A DNA stretch of 64,000 nt, from assembly GCA_030248215.1 (NCBI GenBank), contig JASANG010000295.1, forward strand, positions 124,001 to 188,000, read 5' to 3'. The notes beneath the pieces are model-generated. The model saw nothing but the letters and a program-made list of their open reading frames with translations. It searched no databases and had not been told where the DNA came from. Below, one piece after another: positions 1 to 13,577 of this stretch (positions within the stretch are counted from its first letter, which is position 1; each line of letters opens with the position of its first letter). The translations under genes and the position numbers were made by a program. Source of the stretch: Enoplolaimus lenunculus. Lineage: Eukaryota.

Positions 1-415
1 AGTGTAAAGCATCTAAGCCTGATTGATCATGGTTACTGCCTTTCACCGAAGGGGGTGGAATTCGAATCCTAGCTTGAAATAAGATCACAGTCAAAAACAG
101 TTTAAGCTTGAAGTTACTGTATTGCGGTCTCGTGGAAATGCGGTTCGCCCCCGATCTATAAATGGGCTCAATTTGGAAAGATAATATTGATCTCATGTTT
201 AATTTTGGAAAAATATCAACGAAATGTGACAATATTTTTATGGATCAAATGGATGCTTGCTTCAGAAAAGTTAAAATTATGCACAGCTACCAGGTCTTAA
301 AATAAATAATAAATGGCCGTCGTGAGCGACTAGAAACAATATCTTCAGATCCGAATTTAAAAATCATAACGCAAAAATAAATATTCTACAATTCATTTGG
401 TAGCTATCATTTCAG

Positions 416-840
416 CTTTCTCGGCATGTAACAACGGGGACTCGCCTTATATATTGCCTTCAACCGGACAACCGTACACATGTTGGCCTACCATGCCATC
501 TGCCCGACAATGTCCTTCAGGATACAACTGTCAATGGAGTATAAATGTCAGAAATTTTTATTGTTGCCGTTGTGGAGACGCGTTCTATGATCCATTCGCA
601 AGCAGACGGCTGTTTTCCGGCACTGGATCGAATCCTTGCGGACATTCGCAAAATCAAATGTCGCCAAGTGTTAGTGGGTGTGTTCCTTGTGCCCGAAACA
701 AAAATAAGGTGCCATCTTTTCAACTCGGTGCAAATTTCCACAACAATCAATGTTGTACTCAGACAAATTCTGACTTTTATCCCACACGACAGAATCCTGC
801 CAGACCAATGGATGGCTCGAATTTGAATAATGTTTGGTAA
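416..840 (+). CDS. Terminal exon of a Cys-rich protein with a Lustrin/WR1-type cysteine repeat; upstream exons lie outside the window
   Basis: TTTCAG acceptor ends at 415. The frame reads C-NNGDSPY..TGQPYTC..QCPSGYNCQWS..FYCC, the Lustrin/WR1 spacing. Stop at 838-840; AATAAA at 964-969. Confidence 0.7.
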
Positions 841-1727
841 ACGTAAAGTTTAAATTACTGAAAAAGAAATAAATTCCGACAGAAAATACGGATTGGAATA
901 ATTATAACTGGGTTGCACAGACAAAACTTAAGTCAACCTATGACTAACACATTTTTGAAGTCAAATAAAGACGTTTAAATATAGAAGGCTTCCATAAATG
1001 CTCGCTTTCGAGCTGAGATTCTTATTGCACTGCACAGTCAGAATTTCAACTTCAAAAGATGTACCAGTGCTTAGCAGCGTCAATTTGTCTGGCAAGAAGA
1101 AACTTTCAATGAAATCTTTTCACATAAGTTAAAATTACAAAGCTTAGGTAAAAAGTTGATGTCGAATTAAGTCGTAATCGAACTTAGTCCCGGCAACCTA
1201 GGAATTGTGCTCATGTACTAGTTTTAGATTCAACTGCGGCCAATTTATGGAACATGTTGCTTTGCTAATCCCAGTGTGGATTAACCTTTGTGGTGCACAT
1301 TAGATGAATACGGTTTCAAATAAATACCTCTCTTTAATTATAAATAAAATTCGCTTTGGAATTTCAAACCTGTAAAATTCAAACGATTGGAAATAGTGCC
1401 CAAAATGCAAAACATGCTAGAAAACGTTTATAGCGATTAGCTACGCTAGCTATTCATTACAGAGTTTTTCCAAAGCGTGAAAGATAATGTTTGAAACGCG
1501 AAAATCGTTTTAAATAGTGTCACATTTTTGACAAACTTCCCAAATTGCTCATTTAATACAATGTAGTATATACAAGCTTTGTTGATGTATTTGAGTTATC
1601 CAAAAATGGATTTTAGTGTAAACTATTGGTGTACGGCGTGCAAATATGCTCAGCTAACCTGGAAGCTTTGGTCGGGCAGTTTTGTGTTTTTGACGTAACG
1701 TTCATATTGCAAATCAGTATATATACA

Positions 1728-4700
1728 TCACAATCCTCTATGAGCGCTGAACTGCACCGATCTCATTAGTTTCCCAGCATACGACTCTCTGAGCACGTCC
1801 TCGCTTTCGTTCGGCAACCAGTACAGATATGATGCCCAATAAAACGCGTTGAATCCAATGAATAGCAGTGGAAATGCCACTTTCGCAACATCATCGACAT
1901 AATCGACAACCGTTTGCTCAACAATCATATTTCGCAGTGCTGTTCGACCACGGTTCAGTTGCTGTTGTTGTTGCTGTTGTTTCTTTGATTGAGGTCCCAC
2001 ACGGCTTTTTCGCTGCCGACTTATCGCAGACCTTTGATATCGAGGCAAGACTTGGAGTTGATGGTCCCCAGCAGTTAGGTCATCGCCACTTGGAACGGTG
2101 AGAACAGCTGGAGTTAGAGAAGTTTGGTTGTTCATCAAATTTCGTCGCCTTCTTATTGAATCCCGTGACTCGCTGTTCATACGATGCATTGCGATTAGTT
2201 GTTGCTGTGTTGCTTCTGCAATCCGTCGCAGTTGCGCGTCGATTTTTTGCCGCTCGGTTTGTGGACGTCGTTGACGGCGTCGTTGGAACGCCAGTGGTGA
2301 CACCGCTGCTGTTAGGGTGAATGGTGGTTTGCTTAATAAAAGAGTAGAAGAAACAATTAGCGATACATGTCGCAGGCTGAGTTATAGAGACGTGGCTTAA
2401 ATCGACTTTTGAATTCTGATCACGGTTCAAAACATGGTTAACTTTTGCTGATAGTGCATATGGTGGATTGCTTGATACGGAATTGACGAATGGAAAAACA
2501 ACTTGCGATTCCTCTCTTAGGCTTGTTTACAGGGACATGACATAAAAGGTGAGCTTTAACTTTGTAAAGCCGAAAACGATAGTGTAAACGGGCATTACGC
2601 CATAACCGGATGAACGACGACTTGTTAAGCATTATACGCTTTAGAAACTGGAATCGAACACCACATGTTGCGTTCTGTATGTTTTTTGAACAAATACTAC
2701 AATCAGCTGTAAAATTTTGCCAAACTCACTCTAGGATATTAAAACGGGCAAAATAAATCTTACTAACTCTACAAATTTGTCAAATTAAACTACAATGATG
2801 AGTGGCATGTAAGAGCAGAAACCTTTTGCATAGCAGAATAACAACATAACTCACTGTGCAGCAAAAGACAATAAACCAACATTTCGTTTAACATTTACGG
2901 CCAATGTATAGAACAGGATCGTAAGCGTAATCATTAGTCTAAGCGTAAGCGTAACAATTAACTTATACCTAAACCTAAGCCTAAGGCAAAACCAAAAATA
3001 TACAGCTTAATCTGTAGCTTTCCCGCAGAAAAACGTTCCGCCCCTGATCTGTACATGGGCGACATTTGCTAAGGCGACAAACACAACTTTTATTCATCTT
3101 CCACAACAGTTTGGGTACATCAAATCACAATTCTCGTTAATTTTTTTATTTAAATGAATAGATCTTAAGCGTTTCGTAAGTTAAGCGTGGCAACATTGCA
3201 CCTGTTCTGATGTGACAATTGAGGATAATGCACGCAAATTATAGTGAAGGATAAATTTACGCTGTTATCGCAGATTTAGTATCATCCATCGCCGATGTTG
3301 TATTCTCGTGGTCTTCTTGCTCTAATCGTGTTGATTCTTCAATCGTCGACGCAACTTCGCGTTCTTCTTGTTGTAAATCTTGTTGCAGCTGATCAACTTT
3401 CTGTTGTAACTAAACATAACACGAAGCATAAATATAGAAGATTCAAAATTTGTATGTTTCTTTCATAAGCTTAAGCCTTAAACGTTAGGTTATTGTTCGT
3501 GGTTTTTGTTGATTCTAGCGTAGGAAAACGGCTAATTTTTTAACATTTTTGTATAATATAACTTAAAGCACAGTAAAAAAAGATATTTGACAACTGGACG
3601 ACAACAGTAAGAACATACACAAAAAAGTTCAGCTTAGATGACTTTGTATGATCATTCAACTTTGTAGTACCCACGCCTTTATTGGAAAATCCGGCCTAAA
3701 TCATCGTATCAAAAAACGTTAAATTAAACGCGTTTTGCGTTCCAAATAGTACCGTTCAAAATTGTTTTTGTGCATAAAAAACTTCAAAATAAATTGCGTG
3801 AATACATTTTTTAGCGTTTGTCAAGATCCATTTTAGCATTAAGAAACGTTCTTCCGTAACGCGAAAAATGTGTTGTATTTTTTGACACGAATAACAGGCC
3901 ACTCAAGTAACACTTTTTAACTGTATGTCACGCACAGGTAATAACATAATCTGCGATCAGTGCACGACAGGTACAAATTGTTCAAACAATTGCATATGAG
4001 TGAATTTTCACACGCCAAAATTGCTAATTCATTACAATAATTTTACCTTTGGAAAAATTACACTGACTATTTGTGCGAAAAGCGACAAACTAAGGGAAAC
4101 AGGTGTAAGTATTTGCCAATGGGATAATGTACTTAATGTGGATTCAGATTATGTTTGCACATAACACGGAATGGGCTAAATCAAAGCTCACGGAAGGGAA
4201 GATCAGAAATTTACATTTTAAAATCTCCGCCACAAACGATTGTACACATAGCACAGATTGTCAAAATTTACACACACACACACACCAAGCTTTTGATATT
4301 ATTTTTCTATAAAAACTGTTGTTGAAGATAATGTCCACGTGTTTCCAGAATGCCCTCGGGCACTAAATTTCTATGTTCGATTGTTGACTCCTACTTTACA
4401 CCGAACTGCGCAAGTTTGAATACTTGATGAAAACGATTTAGTTTCATGCCGAAAATTTGGTTCTTAATTTGCAATCTGGAAATCTCTGTGTTTGTTAAAC
4501 TTTGAAACGAGTCGCTGGAAAAACTGTTAAGCGAAACTGTTTTTAAAAGCGTATGCCGGACATATTTTGATAGCATATTAACAAAAAAATCTAAATCAGT
4601 TATTGGTTTTCGTTTTACATATTTTCTAGTAATCAGAATATCACATGCGTTGAGATCAAAGTGTGAATAATTATTGTTAGCTATATGTGTATTGTTTGGT

Positions 4701-7700
4701 ATTTTTGTTGTAATCTCCGTATGCTCTCGGTGAAGAAGTGTTAAATTTACTAGTGAACTTTTCTCACACGTCAAAATTGCTAATAAATTGCCATCATTTT
4801 ACCTTTGGAGAACCTGCAGTGACTGTTTCTGCGAAAAGCGACAAACTTGCAGCCATCACTTGATTCGATTGGGCGTCTTGATGCTAGAAAAGTTAGCTTT
4901 AGCTGCTACATTAAAATATCTTTAAACATGTAACTTGCGATTTATAATTTATATCATGTATAAAAGTTTTAAATTCATAAACAAGGTATGTATTTTGTTC
5001 AGTCGGAGTTGTGGTTCTCTTTCTACCGCCTATTTTTTGAGCTAAATCCGAAGTTTAGTATATTTAATAATCATTGTAATTGAAAGTATCAGTATATTGA
5101 ATGTGGCCACGCCAGCATGGGTATATGGATAGAACAGGGCCGTAACAGAAATATAAGTATATTCTTAAGCCTAAGCCTGAACCTAACCATAAGTATAAGA
5201 ATGAGCTTATACCTAAACCTAAGCCTACTTAAGCCTAAGCAAAAAATTGGTCTAAAGCTTACTTATGCTTACTCTCTTGCAGTTCTACAGAAACGGCTCG
5301 CCTGTGATATTGGGCGTTGGACGAACTTACCCGATTTCGCCAATACATCCGATTGGTAAAATTAATGACTGCAAATTCGACTAACGCGGCGAAAACGAAT
5401 GCAAAACACGTGACCACGTACAAATCTAAACCGGTGCCGTAGGAAACTTTGGGCAAATGAGACCGAACTCCGCCGGAACCGAGAGTTGAAACCGTCAAAA
5501 CCGTCATAACTCCTGAAATCCCGTTAATGTTGCAAAATAAACTCTGTCGTGTAGACGAGTACGCGTAGCCTGAATTATATTTTGACAAATTAAACCTGAG
5601 ATGATAAATTCGCCCGCAAATGCTGTGCTTGCTTATAATTGCTTATAATTACTAGAATGCACTTTTATTTTTGTTCAAAGTTCTATACATTGCTCTGGCA
5701 AACAATATCACAAGTAATGCAACACCCCTTTCTCTACCTATGTTGTGGACATTGCGGGTGAGCATTGAACACCCTGCTTTTTGATTTGCTCTGTGCGGTC
5801 AAATGTCTTGAATTTCGTCCAAAATCAAATTTCGTCTGCTATGCTACAAAGCATACCACGGGATGACGCCGCCTTGCTGCGTACTGTCTCGCCCGCATCC
5901 TTAATATATTTATAAACATTAAAAAATTCTAATGTCAACAAAATTTTCCAAAAATCTCACGTTGCTTTATTTAGCAATTCTTTGATGCCAAGTCCCTTTA
6001 TATTCCGCAGCACAATATTTTTACGAAAAGTTTTAAATTATGATAAATGTTTACCAAGCGCGACTCTTGCCGGCGAAGCATCTTTGTTTATCCAAAACGA
6101 AACCCAAGACAACGCTACAATCATCATGCATGGCAGATAAATTTGAAGCAGATAGAATCCTTGAAGTCGTGTTAGTTTGAAATGAACCAATAGTGACGAA
6201 AACGAGTCTGTTAAGCAAAACAAGAGTTTCGGAAGTATTCAAACGGAGGGTTTGTGGAAGCATATATCCTCTTCCGATATTTTCATAGACTCAATAAACA
6301 GCACAATTAACATTGTTTAAGAATGACCTTCTGGATTTTAGAGGATGAACAGTTGTCGCTTGAGGTTGTATTTTTCAAAGTCGAATCATGGGTACGCCAC
6401 AGGTAGAATATCGATGTACAATAAGTTTAAATTAAATTAGCTACGTGCACAATTTTTATATCAAGAACGGTTGGAGTACTTAGGCTTGAGTGTATTTAAT
6501 TCTAAATTCTGTTTATAGTTGACAATGGGCAACTCAGCGCAGTGAAATCACCACAAGACATAAGAGTCCCCGCGGCTCGAGCGTCAAGCTCCAATAGCTC
6601 AGTAGTGATTCTAGCGTAAAAGCAAGTCTCATATGAAATAGAAAATATTCATGTGACAAAGGTTTAAAGGTTTGACTAACATCAATATTGGTTCAGGTAC
6701 CCAGTTCATATGTTTAGCTATTAGTTTGTCGTTTTGAGGAGTTACTATAAATCTGATAAACTTTAGTCAAAACATCGAAAGGAATTTAGCTTTGCCGACA
6801 ATTATTTGGTCACATTATTTGGTCACAGAGCGCAGCGTACCCGTCATTACGCGTACGCGTGGTACAAAATCAACACGAGGCGTGAAATCATCCCTTTGCG
6901 CTCATGTAACCGCCACAAATCCAAGAGTATAGAATTCGAGTCCTCGCTTGAAATAGATCACAGATAAAATTAGAAAAGTGTTCATGCGAGAAAGGGTAAA
7001 TTACACATACATAATAATAAAATTTTTCCCAGAAATATCAATCTATTACCATCTGAATAAGTACGTAATGTGACATTGTTTTCGGCATAATAGTAAGCGT
7101 CGAGTCTGTATTGTGACAATTTAACCTGTTTCGATACATCGAAGTGTCCCCATTTGTATATGATATCTTCGGTTGAGTAGCCAACTGCAAAAAAATTACA
7201 TCTGTAAAACAGAATTATTCTTTGTAATTAATTAGTTTCCCTAATAATAAACATTTTAAATGCAGTATAGAATAGTTCTAAAGCCCGATTTACATGTGCA
7301 AGGTCTTCTAGCGTGAACTTGCAGCTGCAACTTGCAACTGCCACTTGCGACGGAAAATCTGGTTTGAAAACCTCTTGCAGCTCCATGAGGTAGCTGCAAA
7401 TTTTGACTGCAAAAACATGTACGTATGAGTTGCCGCGGCAATTTTTGGTGCAAAATCTTGTACCTGCAAATTACAGCTGTAAGTTCTTGCTGCAAAATGT
7501 TGCACATGTGAATGGGGCCTAAAACACATTTTAAGTCGGCGAAGAAGCAAACTGAGCATTGACGAAAGTGAATTGGACTCTGGTTATTATACGTAGTAGT
7601 TATCTTTCTATCTATCTAAGCTATCTATCTATTATTTAAGAGCCCTGAGCACGCCGACAACTTCACACATTGCGTACCTGAAACCATTCCTGGCACTCAA

Positions 7701-9967
7701 AAAAGTGTACAGCATCTATTACCAGTTAAATATGATTTGCAACCTTCGAACCAGTGAATCATGACGTTTGCAATTATCTGCCGCAAACTTTTGTCTGAAA
7801 ACCTTCTATTGACTTAAAATAGATCCCACATAAGAACGGTCATAATTGTTGATAGCGAATATTCCCAAATATGAAACCGTCGAGTACACTTACGGCTGCC
7901 AATTTCCAGTGGGCAAACTTGAGTATCCATCGGAAACTTTTTCAAAAACATTGGACATCGCGGTATTAGTGTCAGCCTGCCAAAAAATATGTTGTAGAAA
8001 TGCATAGCGGTATATTATTAATACAGTTTACGCAAGTTCTTCAGCTGTCCGAAGGCGCATACAACCAGGACCTGTCGTAGCAAGTGCGTTTACCCCAGAC
8101 TAATTGTGGGGACCAATATAGGTGGCAGTAAAGTTGTTCAATTTGAGCACTTTGCGGTCAAACATCACGCCCCTAGGAGTGGTTCGGAACAGTGTATAAC
8201 GCTGATACACAAACGAATCGAAGAGCACAACCTTTAGATAGCTAGATTTGCGTAGAAACGTCGAAAAATTTTGAAATTTTGTTATACATGGTATAGCGAA
8301 GCGACATATGTTGAAAAACTGATGAAAATTTTAGTTTTCGCAATAGCTTACGAAATGTTCGCGTACGATACGGTAATATTTTAATGTGTAAAAACGGAAT
8401 AATTTTTTTAGCTGAAAACTTCCCCAAAATACCTTTAAGCAATGCGCAGCAATTTCGGTAAAATCTAGCAATAGAGCTCTAACTTAATCTTTTTGTCGCA
8501 ACCCAAGATTGTTGCTTCGGAACTGTATTTATACTTTTGACGATTTCGCTGCCATCAAGTGGACGCTGGCGCCGTTCGGCGTCCTTGTGCACCGACCTGT
8601 TGTGAAACTGTTAAAACTGAAACTATTTTACTAAACTGAAAACTAGCAAACAAGTTAAGCGATGCGCAGTAATTTTAGTAAAATTGTGTAGCATACCTTT
8701 GAGAAATTAAAATTTCACCATTTTGCTTCAGTCGCAACAATTTGTTTGGAACCGTAATTTGGTGTAAATACGAATGTTTGCCGTTCATTATGTACGTATC
8801 CGGTTTCCATATTGAGCCGACAAATTTCACTGCGTTCAATGACATCATTTTCACCGGACCAACGAACTGTAGTCTTTCATCGACCCAAGATTGTCGAAAA
8901 TAGCAATCGAGTGCGAATTCCTTAAAATCAGTATTAAAAATAAGCAACCAACGTTTGGTTGTTAGCTTCTTTTCCGTTCTTCCCCGCTGTAGAGAAAGCT
9001 CACTTTACGTCATTAAAAATTGTATATTAAATGCTTGACAACCTCGCCGAAATTTGCACAAAAATTTTTTTGAACTTAAGAGAGCGAAAACGAATATGTT
9101 ATAAGCCACTCCGTAATAAGTCTGCATTGGATTAACCCAGTGTTATAGCCCAAAGTGTAACTTCGCATTGGAATAAATCCTTATCCAAAATGCAGCTAAA
9201 CGGTTTGGATTACAACAACGCACCGAGTTTTGTTTGAATGTTTCAGAATGGTTTTTGCAATGCGTGCAAGAGTTAATAAATGGCTTGAAAAAAGTTTATT
9301 GATGGAAGTCAGATCCCAAGAAATTAAACTAACCATGTTTAGCTCACTAATGGGACCCATCGATAAAACACTGATGTCGACCTTGACCGTAAGAGGCGGT
9401 CCTAAAATTTAAGCTTTTACAACGTTGGTACGCAATTATTTTTCTCGTGATCAAATTTAGTTTATTAACAGATTAGCTGATTGCAACAGAAGCGATTCTT
9501 AAATACTAAAATTTTTGTGTGATATTCGTTTGCATTTTGGTATTCAAAGATAAGTTCCAATTTTTCTTTTCTAAGTATTCCTAGATCACCGGGATCACAG
9601 TAAAGCATTCAAAGAAAATAAGGTATGTATTTAAAAACATCCGGCTTTTGTTCACTTCCCCCACAAATAAAGTTAAGGGTTTGCCTAGGCTGAGGTTTAG
9701 GACTGGAAAAGCGATTGGCCAAATGCGCAGGCTTCGGCATAGGTACGCCTTTTCGGAAACGTTAGCCTAAGCATAAGCCTGAGCCCAAGCCTAAGTGTAA
9801 ATGTGGTGCGAAGTGTACAAGAGCCAAACATACCTTTAATTCCGGGTCTAAAGTTTTTATCATACCCATCCAACAACTTATCGAGTATCCGGCTTGTATT
9901 CGACATCAGCACATGATCGTATTCGTAGCTATGTTCCGTCAAGCTGGTGTTTACTTCTGGACTATGG
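1728..9967 (-). CDS. GABA-A-like anion-selective Cys-loop receptor subunit (alpha/GRD/LGC-37-like clade); signal-peptide exon(s) not located
   Basis: Phase-consistent GT-AG exons (minus): 9967-9834 ([17 protein letters not shown]), 9401-9334 ([18 protein letters not shown]), 8920-8697 ([20 protein letters not shown]), 7976-7894 (Cys-loop [15 protein letters not shown]), 7184-7050, 6207-6055 (M1, SPARVALG), 5512-5331 (M2-M3, LPKVSY), 3409-3261, 2331-1728 (M4 [21 protein letters not shown]). Confidence 0.95.
2898..3061. mobile_element. MITE with telomere-like (GCCTAA/TTAGGC) core, TIR type 1
   Basis: CGGCCAATGTATAGAACAGG ... CCCTGATCTGTACATGGGC termini with degenerate (A)GCCTAA units inside; same layout as 50483-50671 and 58469-58667. 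Confidence 0.7.
3999..4847. repeat. Diverged ~90-bp direct repeat pair in an intron (~3999-4091 and ~4752-4847)
   Basis: Both read AGTGAA..TCACACG(C/T)CAAAATTGCTAAT...ATTTTACCTTTGGA...TGACT.TTT.TGCGAAAAGCGACAAACT. Confidence 0.75.
5115..5316. mobile_element. MITE with GCCTAA core, TIR type 1 (degraded)
   Basis: ATAGAACAGGGCCGTAAC...(AAGCCT)n...AAAAAATTGGTCTAAAGCTTA...CGCCTGTGATATTGGGC. Confidence 0.65.
6506..6663 (+). mobile_element. piggyBac-like tRNA-module MITE, internally deleted copy
   Basis: Shares GGCAACTCAGCGCAGT, AAATCACCACAAGAC, GGCTCGAGCGTCAAGCTCC and GAAATAGAAAATATTCATGTGA with the 56839-57100 copy; B box deleted. Confidence 0.75.
6826..6996 (+). mobile_element. piggyBac-like tRNA-module MITE, diverged copy
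   Basis: AAATCAACACGAGGCGTGA...AATTCGAGTCCT...AGAAAAGTGTTCATGCGAGAAAGGGTAAA matches the family right end. Confidence 0.6.
7281..7520. mobile_element. Palindromic Harbinger/PIF-like MITE (TGCAGCTGCAA-rich)
   Basis: AAGCCCGATTTACATGTGCAA ... TTGCACATGTGAATGGGGCCT inverted termini. Related copies at ~12800-13160, ~16100-16250, ~43030-43160 and 57995-58268. Confidence 0.65.
9642..9826. mobile_element. MITE with TTAGGC/GCCTAA core, TIR type 3
   Basis: CGGCTTTTGTTCACTTC ... GAAGTGTACAAGAGCCA inverted termini. Lies 5 nt beyond the GT donor (9833-9832) of the GABA-receptor exon. Confidence 0.6.
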
Positions 9968-11052
9968 CTAAAATCAAGCGAAGGTTTTTGCGAAGCCTTT
10001 TCGACCCAAGTTTAAGCCAGCGGTATACTGTTTTGCTTAGTACGGACCCATAGCTAAAGGATAGAGCAAAAGGGTGGACTCAGCCCCTCCTACGTGAAAA
10101 AATTTTTCCCTCACAAACAGAAAAGTTTTAGCTTCACTTGTAGGCCCTTTAATTTCCCTGCGTTATCGTTCTAAGATTTATTACTTTTCCCCTAGCAAGC
10201 CGAGCTGGTTAGAGACACGCGAGTGCGTTATGTATTACTTCACCCAAAACCGAAAAATGTGCAACCTATTCAAAATCATGAATTACTTAATCAAATTTTG
10301 CCAATTCATATTAATAAATGACGACACTAACAGAAAAAGTAGTTCAGAATGAAATTTAAAGTTTATAACGCACAGACTGGGAATTAAATACATCGGGTGA
10401 AACATAACGGCACAACAACGACAACAACGGATTTTTTTCTGCAAAAACCCGCGTCAGAGCCCGGATCAATAGACACTGCACATAAACTTTTTGAAGTTGG
10501 TCAGCCAAAACGTTTTTACAAGATTTGGGGATCTGTATACCGGCTTTGCCGGTTCACAATTCCATTATTTTTATGTTATTCGGATTGTACATGCAACTTA
10601 CATTTCAAGTGTTCGCCATATCAAATTCATCAATGTTAGTAAATTAAGACCTACCATAATCTCTAAAGTAAGAGTGTAACGACGTTAAATAACTAGGAAT
10701 GAAGCAGTTTGACTGTAGCCGTGTTTGGGCTTAAAATGCGACGATAAGATGTTGACGTTATTTGACTAAGAAATAAAACACTATTTTAAACGCTTTTTGC
10801 TATTAAAACAGCATGAACTTGTTTTTGAACATCAACTGTGACAATTATTCCAAAAACATAAAAATAAAATTAAGCATTACTACGTTCCCGTGATTTGCAG
10901 CATACATAAACTTGCATGTGCAACATGCATGTTTAATTTTCGTTACCAAATAAACTTTGCGTTGTTGCAGGTGTAAATTATTCATTGAAATTTATACTAT
11001 TTAATTTATTTCGAACGCTTGAACAAGATGCAACTGCATTTCGATTGCCCAA

Positions 11053-12578
11053 TAGTGCCGTACACCGGACAGGAATAGGCCGGCTGGCCACTGTTCGGCC
11101 GGTTGACGGCCGGTCAGCGATCGGCCTTTAAATCAATAATTTTAATTAAATTTAGATTTCGATTCTAAATCTTCTAGCTGAAATCTGAAATGTTGCCTAC
11201 CGGTATCGTTATGATCAATGTTCAGCTTGAATCACTAGTTGAAACTTCTTTGCTTGCAGTAAAGTATTCTACACAACTCCTGTGGTGAGATAACCCGCTT
11301 CAGATGATCTGAGTTCCATTACCTTTTAGAAAAATATAGTGAAATCGTTCACTGGAGTATATATAAATATTTTTTGATAATAGTAAAAGGACGGATCATA
11401 TCACCTCAAATTTTCTCACCTATCAATGAGAATTTTAATATATACGTAAGAAATTTTTGTAGCTAGGTTAAACAGAAATGTGGTTAGTTTTAGTTTTAAG
11501 TTTTGTTTCTCTGTAACAGCTACAAGTTGTTCTGACAGTTTCACATTTCAGAATGGGTCAGGAGTCATTACCGCAAATTGTCTGAAACTGTCGAATGTAA
11601 ATAGAGCTGCAGGCAAAATTTTCAGGTGTAGGTGGGCCGGACTCAGTATACTTAATTAATTTGCAGAGTCCAAATGAGTCGAAATGACTAGTGAAACCCT
11701 CCTGGCTACGCCCTTGTTTGTTGTGTACAACTAAATTTACTAGGCTACCACCCCTAACCCCTGTTATTTCAAATCACCTTAAGCAGGAAAAGCGCCAAAA
11801 ACACAGTTATATACTTTATTAGAAATTTTAGCTATTCTAAAAAGAATTAAAATCTCAGAGGTAGACAGCCGACATTAGAAACCCCATTGTTACGCCCCTG
11901 TTTATTGTGTATTAATAAATTTATACATAAGCAGGTGTCTTTTGATCCCTGGTTTGCCTACGCTGCTCCTGCTTGTTTTTGTGACGGGACAGCAGGACAC
12001 CTTCAGCGTTTTATGGACCATTATTTTGATTATTAAACGTTTCGTTGTACCAATTGCATAAAAGGAGAGTGATCGGCAATATTTTGCGTAGATGACGTAG
12101 TATATTAAAATATTTAGAAAGCCAGAGGTGAGACGAAATTAGGTAGTTTAAATGATGTTAAATTCGCTAATTGTAGGAAATATTACGAAATCTTGGTAAT
12201 TTTCTCCTCAAAATTGTACCAAATGTTAAAACGAAACGCAATAAACATTGTATAAATGCGCAAAATTTTACAGCCGAAATGGCCTTAACCTTCGGCTGAA
12301 ATTCTGCCGCAGCCGGAGGCAGACTTCCGGTTGCACCCTTACTGCTGAACTTGTTCTTGGTTAACGTATATTTCACTAAGAGGTCGTTTCTTGTTAAATT
12401 ACTGAACCTAAAAAGATTGGTATAGCTGCTAAACGTAACGATATATACCATTAAAAAAAGTTTGATAATTTCTAAAATTTCTATATTGGACTGCCGGCAG
12501 CTGATGACCGGCCAGTCAAACGTTCCATATGCCGCGGGCCGCTCGGCCAGTAGAAAAAGTAGTTATCGCACAGCACGA
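11053..12578. mobile_element. Non-autonomous hAT-like DNA transposon (~1.5 kb) with a perfect 8-bp TSD
   Basis: TTGCCCAA at 11045-11052 and 12579-12586; imperfect TIRs TAGTGCCGTAC / GCACAGCACGA; GGCCGG-rich subterminal motifs. 11130-11340 is homologous (inverted) to ~47124-47335. Confidence 0.8.
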
Positions 12579-13501
12579 TTGCCCAATCGAAAACTTTGTT
12601 CCTAATTATTTTTTGAATTACAATTTAGACAGGTCGAATTTATTCATTTATTCATGAAGCTTGAATTTATTTAAATATCAAACATGTTTGATATTTCACA
12701 GTCTATGGCGATGGTTACGGGACTTGATTTACACCGTTTACCACTAAATAGAATTTGCATCGGTATGAGAAAGCGTTTTCAAGTCTAGAAATTTCGAGTA
12801 AGACCTTCTTTACGCGTGAATGTTTCATGCAGCTTAACCTTGCAGGTGCACGTTTTTTCAAGAATTCATTCGAAGAACCTGCAGTTGCAATTTAATTCAT
12901 GATAAATACACGCCAAGAATTAATTCATGTTTGAATCGCCCTACAAGTCTAATAAATTTATCTTCACTGCCTGAGCTGATAATTAATTTATAGGTTACGC
13001 TTTATATTGCTGTCGTCTTTAAATTATACAAATAAATTCATGTCAAAATTTAGAATGACAACGATGTTTCCTTGAAAATACTTGCAGCTGCAATTATATT
13101 TCGTGCAAGTTGTAGCTGTGCGTTATCGCTGCAAAAACTTGCACGTGTGAATAGGACTTCAAAGCGGATAACAAATTCTGACCGCGAGAGCTGTGTTTTT
13201 GTTGCATCGATTTGGGAATTACAAAGTTTCGCGTGCAAATTGTACACAATGCGATCACGAGTCAAAATGTCTGAACTATGTTTTTATTAAATTTGTCAAT
13301 TTGATTTATTTTATTTTGAGTTTATATGCTTGGAACAAGCGGGATCTGATTGCAATAAATACTGCTTGGAAGCTGTATTCCAAACCACTGTATATGCTAC
13401 CTATTAATTCTTTGGGGGTGTCAGAACTGTACGGTCGGGACGACCCTTTCCCCAAAGCACTGCGAATATTTGATTTTTCTCCTAAATTTCTCCGAAAGAT
13501 A

Positions 13502-13577
13502 TGGCCACGCCGGGAATTGAACCTCGGACCTCTCACTCGCGAGTCATCAAGCGCGCTACCCATTACACCACGCGGCC
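13502..13577 (-). pseudogene. tRNA-derived sequence (tRNA pseudogene or repeat head)
   Basis: Minus strand GGCCGCG-TGGTGTAATGG (A box)...GGTTCAATTCC (B box)-CGGCGTGGCC-A. Acceptor stem pairs; anticodon arm does not form a clean 5-bp stem with 7-nt loop. Confidence 0.7.

Noticed and set aside
7600..8470. Possible Helitron (TCTATCTA-rich start, GC motif plus CTAG near 8465)
   Set aside because: The termini are too degenerate, and the span would contain a conserved GABA-receptor exon.
13502..13577. Functional tRNA genes here and at 52689-52761
   Set aside because: The anticodon arms do not pair properly; treated as tRNA-derived sequences.
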